Below are positions 56,912 to 63,156 of a DNA stretch of 63,156 nucleotides, in pieces. Source of the stretch: Bdellovibrionota bacterium FG-1. Lineage in GTDB: Bacteria > Bdellovibrionota > UBA1018. A model generated the notes under the pieces. The model saw only the letters and a program-made list of their open reading frames with translations, ran no database searches and was not told where the DNA came from. A program made the translations under genes and the position numbers. The stretch spans positions 1-63,156 of the forward strand of contig JBBCAW010000085.1 of assembly GCA_051382295.1 (NCBI GenBank). Reading direction: 5' to 3'. Numbering within the stretch: the first letter of the stretch is position 1; each line of letters opens with the position of its first letter.

Positions 56912-58018
56912 TTAAATGCGAACAGGCTCGTAAGGGAGACCGAGGTCGTCGGCCACTTGTTTATAGGCCACTTTTCCATTCAAAATATTGACACCCTTCA
57001 GGAGTGCCGCATCGCGAGTGACGGCGTCCTTCCAACCGAGATTGGCGATCATCAGCGCGTACCGTAGCGTGACATTGGTCAAGGCGTAGGTCGAAGTGCG
57101 AGGCACGGCGCCCGGCATATTCGGAACGGCATAATGAATGATGCCATCTATCGTGTAGGTGGGATGTTCGTGGCTGGTGGGGCGGCAGGTTTCCACCGAA
57201 CCCCCTTGGTCAACCGCGACGTCGACAACAACGCCGCCAGGTTGCATTTTGGCGATCATTTCGCGTGAGACAAGCTTGGGGGCCTTGGCACCCGGAACGA
57301 GAACGGCGCCGATGACCAAGTCAGCTTTGCTGACGCAACGTTCAATGGTTTCGCTATTGGAATACAGAGTCGTGATTTCGTTTCCGAAGATATCGGCCAA
57401 GTAGTCCAGGCGATGAAGATTGACGTCGAGGATTGCCACGTTGGCGCCCAAGCCGACGGCCATTTTAGCTGCGTTGACGCCCACAATGCCTCCGCCTAAA
57501 ACGACGACATTGGCGCGGTCGACGCCGGTTACGCCCCCGAGGAGCATTCCCTTTCCGCCATGATCATGTTGGAGGTAGGTGGCCCCGATTTGAGTGGCCA
57601 TTCGACCAGCAACGGCGCTCATCGGTGCGAGCAGAGGGAGGGAGCCATCAGCGGGCTGAATGGTTTCGTAAGCAATGCCCACAATCTTGCGTTCCATGAG
57701 AGCCTTTGTGAGACGCTCATCAGCCGCCAAATGGAGGTACGTGTAAAGGATCTGGTTTTCGCGAAGTAAGGCGTATTCTTCCGGAAGCGGTTCTTTGACC
57801 TTAACGATCATGTCCGCCTTATCAAAAATTTCTTTGGCCGATTCTAGAATCGTGGCACCAGCCTTGCGATAGTCATCATCGCTGATGCCGGCTCCTACGC
57901 CTGCATTGTGCTGGACATTAACTTTGTGGCCGGCGGCGGTCAGGGCGCGAACGCCCGCGATCACCATACCGACGCGGTTTTCTTTGTTTTTAATCTCCTT
58001 AGGTACGCCGACGATCAT
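56912..58018 (-). CDS. ald: alanine dehydrogenase
   Basis: GVPKEIK..E.RV, KVKEP, YLHLA, PMS.VAGR, NMPGAVPRTST.AL. Confidence 0.97.
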   Translation of the reverse strand: MIVGVPKEIKNKENRVGMVIAGVRALTAAGHKVNVQHNAGVGAGISDDDYRKAGATILESAKEIFDKADMIVKVKEPLPEEYALLRENQILYTYLHLAADERLTKALMERKIVGIAYETIQPADGSLPLLAPMSAVAGRMATQIGATYLQHDHGGKGMLLGGVTGVDRANVVVLGGGIVGVNAAKMAVGLGANVAILDVNLHRLDYLADIFGNEITTLYSNSETIERCVSKADLVIGAVLVPGAKAPKLVSREMIAKMQPGGVVVDVAVDQGGSVETCRPTSHEHPTYTIDGIIHYAVPNMPGAVPRTSTYALTNVTLRYALMIANLGWKDAVTRDAALLKGVNILNGKVAYKQVADDLGLPYEPVRI

Positions 58019-58042
58019 GACAACATTCCCTCTTTTATAGGA

Positions 58043-58822
58043 TTAGATGGCCCATTTGATTTTGAGGCCATCGTAAGCCAAAGCGACCCCTTTGGGGAGT
58101 TTCTTTGACCACTTTTTGTAATCGAATTCGTGGTTCAGGTGAGTCAAATAGGTTTTCTTTGGCTTCAACTGAGCAACGACTTCTAAAGCCTGATCGAGAT
58201 TAAAGTGCGTCCTGTGAGGCGCCAATCGAACACAATCTAGAACCAACACAGAAAGCCCTCTCAACCGATCAAGTGATTGATTGGGTATATAACTGCAATC
58301 GGTGACGTAGGCAACTTGGTCAATGCGGTATCCTACCGATTCATGGCTTCCGTGTTCCAGTTGAATCGGGATCACTTTGATACCAGCGATCTTTAAGAAA
58401 GGGGTTTTTGCGTCAAAGAGGTGGAGATCGAGTTGAGGGATTCCGCCGCCTTCCGGGTTTAAGTATTTGAAAATATATGGAAATTTTTGAGTCAACTCCT
58501 CGTATGTCCACTGATTGCCAAAGGCAAGGATGCGTTTTTTTTGCAAAAAGTTAAATGCACGCAGGTCGTCAATTCCGTGGACGTGATCGGCATGGGGATG
58601 GGTAAAGAGAACGGCATCGAGTCTTTTGATTTTGGCCTGAAGGGCTTGTTGACGAAAGTCCGAAGAAGTATCGACCAAGAGGCTTTTGCCACGGACTTCA
58701 AACCAGACTGAGGCGCGAAGGCGATGGTTTCGCGGGTGGCTGGACCGGCATACTGAGCAGCTGCAGCCAATCATGGGTACCCCGGTTGAAGTGCCTGAGC
58801 CAAGGATAGTGAGCGAATTCAT
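58043..58822 (-). CDS. PhnP-like MBL-fold metallohydrolase
   Basis: LGSGTSTGVP.IGC.C.VC.S, THPHADH..G.DDLR, AYDG. Confidence 0.93.
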   Translation of the reverse strand: MNSLTILGSGTSTGVPMIGCSCSVCRSSHPRNHRLRASVWFEVRGKSLLVDTSSDFRQQALQAKIKRLDAVLFTHPHADHVHGIDDLRAFNFLQKKRILAFGNQWTYEELTQKFPYIFKYLNPEGGGIPQLDLHLFDAKTPFLKIAGIKVIPIQLEHGSHESVGYRIDQVAYVTDCSYIPNQSLDRLRGLSVLVLDCVRLAPHRTHFNLDQALEVVAQLKPKKTYLTHLNHEFDYKKWSKKLPKGVALAYDGLKIKWAI

Positions 58823-58880
58823 GCGACCCCTTTATAGTTTTTCTTTGCATGAAAGGGGGGAGTCGGATAGCAAAAAAGGC

Positions 58881-60239
58881 TTGGAACTTATAAGAAAAGC
58901 GTTAGTGGCTTTGTTGCTAGTCCTTTGTTCTTGTCGGGATGGAAAAGGCTTGATTGAAGGCTTAGGCATTCATTTGGCGCTTGAAAAGCATACTCTTTCC
59001 AACGGAATGGCTCTGATCTTGATCGAGGATCACACGGTGCCGATCGTGAGCTATCAAACTTGGTATCGTGTGGGCTCGGTGGATGAGCGTCCCGGAATAA
59101 CCGGAATTTCGCATCTTTTTGAGCATATGATGTTCAAAGGAACCCCTCAGTATGGGCCGAAACGGTTTTTTCAGGAGCTGGAGGCCAAAGGCGCTGAGGT
59201 GAACGCGTTTACGACGCGCGATTATACAGTTTATTATGAGAATTTTATTCCAACCCTGCTTGAAAAAGTGGTGGATATGGAAGCCGATCGGATGGCTCAT
59301 CTTGTCCTGAATGACGAAGTCCTCGCCACCGAAAAGGCGGTGGTGCTCGAGGAGCGCCGTATGCGCACGGACAACGCGCCCGAAGGGAGAATGCAAGAGG
59401 CGCTTTGGCAGCTCGCTTTTCGGCGACATCCGTATCAGTGGCCAGTGATTGGATATCCTCAAGACATTCTTTCGCTCTCCACTGAGCAAGTGCAGCAGTA
59501 TTTTAAAAACCATTATCAACCCGCTAATGCCGCTCTTGTGGTGGTGGGGGATTTTCAGGCCCAAGCGGTTCTAAAATTAATTCAAGCCCACTACGGTGCG
59601 ATCGAGGCAAGGGCACGCCCCAAACGGGATATTGCGGACGAACCCGAGCAAAAAGAGGAGCGTCGCCTGATTTTGCGGGACAAGGTGGCTTCGGAACGTC
59701 TTTCGTGGGCCTATCACGTGACGTCGGCTCTCGATGATGACTCTTATTCACTCGATGTTCTCGCCAATATCTTGTTTGAGGGTACGGCTTCGCGGGCTTA
59801 TCGCAGGCTCGTTGAGGAAAAAGATATTGCTGCGACGGTTTCGGGGGCTGCGTTTACGCCTGCCTACCCGGGGCTTTTTATTGTGGCATGCACTCTTAAG
59901 GGAGGCGTCGCGGCGGCCGAGGCTGAAAAACTGCTTGAGTCGTTGATTCGCGAAGTTCAAGATCAAGATGTTTCCCTCGATGAAATCAAAGCAGCAGTTC
60001 GTCAGCTGACGGTGCAATTGGTGGACAGTGTGCGAACTCCTTATGGGATGGGACAACTCGTGGGAACGGTACAATCCATTTTTGGGGATCCGGAGCGTTT
60101 CGCGCAAGATTTGGGTAAATACACTCAAGTGACGGCCGCTGATGTTCGGCGAGTGGCCCAAAAGTATCTCTATCCCAATAATCGTTCGGTGGTGACGTTG
60201 GTTCCCGATGTTGTGGGAGCTTTGGGAGTGAAAAAATGA
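58881..60239 (+). CDS. M16B metallopeptidase, catalytic subunit, probable lipoprotein
   Basis: HLFEHMMFKG, NAFT..DYT.Y, EERR.R; lipobox-like LCSC; TTG start inferred. Confidence 0.9.
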   Translation: MELIRKALVALLLVLCSCRDGKGLIEGLGIHLALEKHTLSNGMALILIEDHTVPIVSYQTWYRVGSVDERPGITGISHLFEHMMFKGTPQYGPKRFFQELEAKGAEVNAFTTRDYTVYYENFIPTLLEKVVDMEADRMAHLVLNDEVLATEKAVVLEERRMRTDNAPEGRMQEALWQLAFRRHPYQWPVIGYPQDILSLSTEQVQQYFKNHYQPANAALVVVGDFQAQAVLKLIQAHYGAIEARARPKRDIADEPEQKEERRLILRDKVASERLSWAYHVTSALDDDSYSLDVLANILFEGTASRAYRRLVEEKDIAATVSGAAFTPAYPGLFIVACTLKGGVAAAEAEKLLESLIREVQDQDVSLDEIKAAVRQLTVQLVDSVRTPYGMGQLVGTVQSIFGDPERFAQDLGKYTQVTAADVRRVAQKYLYPNNRSVVTLVPDVVGALGVKK

Positions 60240-61654
60240 GGTCGCCATTTTATGCGGTTTTACCGACCCTTTTATTGCTTGCACTGAGCTCGTTCGATAT
60301 CACCGCGCGGGCGGCTGAGATTCACTTACCGCTTCCGCAAATTGAGACACTTCCCAACGGTCTGCAGTTGGTTTGGTTTTTGAATGATAGTTTGCCGCTG
60401 GTGGATCTGGTTTTTTTGGTTAAATCGGGCTTTCGTGACGATCCCAGTGGAAAGTCTGGGACCGCAGAGTTCTTGGCCGCATCTTTAGATCGAGGGGCGG
60501 GGGGGCTGAGCGCGCAGCAGTTCGCGCACCACGTCGAGATGCTCGGCGCGAGTCGTTTTGTTTCGGCTGATGAAGATACTTTTAACATTGGCATGCACGG
60601 ATTGGCGCCGGATGCCCCGCGGTTGTTGGAACTTCTCGCTCAGCTAGCCTTGCATCCTGACTTTCCAGAGGCGGAGCTCAGTCGGGAGCACGCGCGAATC
60701 CTCGATCGATGGACGCATATACCGGATTACGGCGAAGCATTGGCGAACCTGACTTACCGACGTGCGGTTTCAGCGGCCACGATCTACGGTCGCGGGAGCT
60801 TTTTGTCGAGCCGAGAGTTTGATCAAGTCACCCGAGCCGATGTGATTACCTTTTATCAAAAACATTTTGTTCCGGCGAACGCTGTGTTGATGGTGGTGGG
60901 GCGGGTTCAGCAGGCTGAATTTCGAAAAGAGATTTTGCGTCTTTTTGGAAATGCTGACGTTTGGAAGGGGAGCGTGACGCATCGTCAATGGCGGGTCTTT
61001 GCTGATCCACGCCTGACTTTACGCAAAAATTCGATTCTCTTGGTGGACCGGCCTCACCTGACCCAGGCGCAGGTTCGGCTTGGATTTAAGGCACCTCTGA
61101 TCGGGGCGCCTGAGCACTATCCTTTGGTGGTCGCGAACGCCCTTTTGGGAGAGTACTTTAACAGTCGGCTCAACTCGCTGCTGCGAGATAAGCTGGGTTT
61201 GACCTATGGGGTGGGAAGCTCGTTTGCTTACAGCCAGGAGTTAGGCATTTTTACGGTTTCGGCCGCCACTCGCAATGAGTCGGTCGGTCAGTTGATCGAA
61301 AAAGCGACCGAGCTTTTACGGGATCTTAAAAAAGGCCCGATTTCAGGCGAAGAGGTTCAAACGGCCAAGGAATATTTGGAAGGTGGTTTTCCGTTGGGGG
61401 CCGCCACTTTGGGGGCGGTGGCTTCACGATGGCTAGCGGGTTATATTTATGATCTAGGTCCGGGGTATCTCAATGAATTTGTGCCTAAAATCCGGGCTGT
61501 GACCGCAGAGCAAGTCATGGCGGCCGTGGTTAAGGATTTGGATTTAGATTCGATGGTGATAGCGGTGGCTGGGGACGCTCCGTCGATCTTTAAAAGTCTT
61601 TCTGAGAGCAAAAAGAAAACTGTGATTCGAATTCAGGCCAAGGACTTACTGTGA
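60236..61654 (+). CDS. M16B peptidase non-catalytic partner subunit
   Basis: M16 fold without HxxEH, has SRL...LR.K.GLTY; signal peptide; 4-nt overlap with the catalytic gene. Confidence 0.88.
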   Translation: MRSPFYAVLPTLLLLALSSFDITARAAEIHLPLPQIETLPNGLQLVWFLNDSLPLVDLVFLVKSGFRDDPSGKSGTAEFLAASLDRGAGGLSAQQFAHHVEMLGASRFVSADEDTFNIGMHGLAPDAPRLLELLAQLALHPDFPEAELSREHARILDRWTHIPDYGEALANLTYRRAVSAATIYGRGSFLSSREFDQVTRADVITFYQKHFVPANAVLMVVGRVQQAEFRKEILRLFGNADVWKGSVTHRQWRVFADPRLTLRKNSILLVDRPHLTQAQVRLGFKAPLIGAPEHYPLVVANALLGEYFNSRLNSLLRDKLGLTYGVGSSFAYSQELGIFTVSAATRNESVGQLIEKATELLRDLKKGPISGEEVQTAKEYLEGGFPLGAATLGAVASRWLAGYIYDLGPGYLNEFVPKIRAVTAEQVMAAVVKDLDLDSMVIAVAGDAPSIFKSLSESKKKTVIRIQAKDLL

Positions 61655-61996
61655 TTTCTGGTCCATTCGGCATTTTCCCTCAAAATAAGCACCCGGCTCA
61701 AGCTTAAGGGTAGGGGTTTCGATATTCCCGATGACGCGTCCAGAGCCGGAGACGACTACTCGCGTTTTGGCGTAAATGTTTCCTTGGACGAAGCCATCCA
61801 CCCAGAGGACGTCGGCAAATACGTTGCCCTCCACCACCGCCGCCTCGCAAAGAATAAGGGTGCTGCCGTCTCGACCATGCGCTTCCCCGGTAATCCTGCC
61901 ATGAAAGCGGGTGATTTGATCGAAGGTCACTTTGCCCTCGATTCGGGTGCCTTCGGAGACAATGTTGAGTGAAGCTTCATGGAGCTGTTGAGTCAT
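61646..61996 (-). CDS. bactofilin (polymer-forming cytoskeletal protein)
   Basis: G..IEG.V, G.V.GNI.A...V......V.GNI....L..E.GA.FEG.C.M. Confidence 0.92.
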   Translation of the reverse strand: MTQQLHEASLNIVSEGTRIEGKVTFDQITRFHGRITGEAHGRDGSTLILCEAAVVEGNVFADVLWVDGFVQGNIYAKTRVVVSGSGRVIGNIETPTLKLEPGAYFEGKCRMDQKSQ

Positions 61997-62913
61997 TGGT
62001 CCACTCCCGGCTCAATGATTTCCGAACTCACTGGGTTTTGAGTTTTGGGCTTGGCTGCCTCTTTGGCGGCGGGCTTTGGGAGCTCTTTTGGAGTCACGAC
62101 TTTAGGGGCTACTACTTTTTGATAAAAAATCAGCTCACCCTCAAGGCTTACAATTAAAATCTCAACGTCAAGAATTTGGCTGGCGTTTTTGAGTTGGCCA
62201 AACTCTGCTTTGACCTCACGAAAGCGACTGACTGAGAAGTATTCGCCCTGCTTGGGTCCAATCAGGGACTCAGCCCCGGCCCGAGAAAAAACTCCATTAG
62301 GATAAGCCAATACGGTTTCGGGACCTCGCGCAAGCACGATAATTCGGCCTTGTTGGCTTCCCTCGTCGGTTGCTGTGTACTGCAAGTTAAAAGCAACTCT
62401 CAGGGACTTGCCGGTCCAGGTGAGTTTTGCGGGACTGACGGTAAAGGGAAGCTTGGCAGCGCCTTCACTTAAATTACGGGCTTGCCGCGGCAAGGCTGAA
62501 AAAAGCGGGATGCTGCCGCCGGGGGCGATGACTGCAGGCGCTTGAGCTGGGGGTGCGCTGACGATCACAGGAGGGGCCGAAGCGACGGGTGGGGCTGCGG
62601 GAGTTGCGATTGGCGCGGTCACAGCAACGGCGGCTTGGCTGATTTTAGCCTCGAGGGTCTTGTTGGTAGTTCGAAGTTGGCTGAGTTCCTGCTCTATATT
62701 GTTGACGTGCGTCGGGTCGGTATGACGGGCAACTCGGTAATATTTAATGGCAAAAAAGGCACTCAGGAGTGTGACTCCGATGAGGAGGCCGACGAGTGTT
62801 CCAAAACGCTGAATCCAGTTCAAAGAAAGCTGAAAGGTGCGAGCCGCTTGGTTCTCTTTGAAGACCAGGATCGTGACTTCGTCGGCTTTGGATGCGGGTT
62901 TGGGTTGAGCCAT
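61993..62913 (-). CDS. membrane-anchored coiled-coil + Pro/Ala linker + beta domain protein
   Basis: TM, coiled coil, C-terminal beta sandwich; coupled to the bactofilin gene. Confidence 0.75.
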   Translation of the reverse strand: MAQPKPASKADEVTILVFKENQAARTFQLSLNWIQRFGTLVGLLIGVTLLSAFFAIKYYRVARHTDPTHVNNIEQELSQLRTTNKTLEAKISQAAVAVTAPIATPAAPPVASAPPVIVSAPPAQAPAVIAPGGSIPLFSALPRQARNLSEGAAKLPFTVSPAKLTWTGKSLRVAFNLQYTATDEGSQQGRIIVLARGPETVLAYPNGVFSRAGAESLIGPKQGEYFSVSRFREVKAEFGQLKNASQILDVEILIVSLEGELIFYQKVVAPKVVTPKELPKPAAKEAAKPKTQNPVSSEIIEPGVDQ

Positions 62914-62924
62914 GGGTAACCAAA

Positions 62925-62953
62925 ACGTTAGCGTTTTACCTCAAAGGTGTCAA
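62925..62953 (-). promoter_or_regulatory. sigma70 promoter
   Basis: TTGACA-17-TAACGT, 11 nt before ATG 62913. Confidence 0.7.
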
Positions 62954-62957
62954 CGTT

Positions 62958-63056
62958 GGGTCTCCCGGTAAAAGGTGTCGGGGTCGGACATCCCTGTCCT
63001 CCGCGCTAAAAAGCGCATCCTGCGCGCGCGGATCCCCTCACTTTTACCGGGAGCCC
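62958..63056 (-). repeat. structured palindromic element B (same fold as element A)
   Basis: Outer CTCCCGGTAAAAG/CTTTTACCGGGAG stem, CCGCGC/GCGCGG arm capped by GCGCAGGATGCGC, plus GGACAGGGATGTCC hairpin (minus strand). Confidence 0.75.
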
Positions 63057-63118
63057 CTATGTGGGAACGGGGAACGGGGAGCCGCAGCGGTATGAGAACA
63101 TGCCCGCTGATATTGGAT

Positions 63119-63156
63119 CAGTACGGGGAGGTCACAGTACGGGGGAGGTCACAGTA
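63119..63156. repeat. 16-17 nt tandem repeat running off the window
   Basis: CAGTACGGGGAGGTCA, CAGTACGGGGGAGGTCA, CAGTA. Confidence 0.7.

Noticed and set aside
63119..63156. Possible CRISPR start
   Set aside because: The units are directly adjacent with no spacers, are too short, and there are no cas genes.

Overview
This is a bacterial chromosomal segment of about 50% GC. Gene content and order point to Bdellovibrionota/Oligoflexia, although this is inferred. From left to right it contains: (i) a minus-strand Agl-Glt gliding-motility-like cluster (exbB-exbD-exbD motor, large TPR, GltF/CglF-like, TonB-C/GltG-like, OM barrel, TPR, GYF-PilZ-like protein, trypsin protease), split by a ~4 kb accessory patch holding a degenerate ArsC, two toxin-antitoxin pairs and two hypothetical genes; (ii) a TIGR02147 regulator with a divergent secreted protein; (iii) a long + strand run of pilG/H/I-like, pilD, a pilin-like gene, pilMNOPQ, TPR, efp, accB, accC, SgmX-like TPR, tamB, tamA/bamA, rplM and rpsI; (iv) a QEGLA peptidase, a PpiC and two GT-C membrane glycosyltransferases, one clearly PIG-B/GT22-like; (v) a methyltransferase, a CHASE2 kinase with sigma54 regulator, PBP1B, an OM barrel, a response regulator, fliL, ald, a PhnP-type hydrolase, an M16 protease pair and bactofilin. 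The strongest unexplained signal is non-coding. Two ~100-nt intergenic elements (10931-11032 and 62958-63056) have unrelated stem sequences but the same three-way-junction fold, and on the minus strand each displays two CsrA/RsmA-type GGA hairpins. A GTTAA-N6-TTAAC-like box sits upstream of four genes of the gliding cluster. Many sigma70-like promoters sit only 6-11 nt from start codons, suggesting leaderless mRNAs. I found no tRNA, rRNA, CRISPR array, integrase or transposase. All family calls come from motif recognition by eye, not from database searches.
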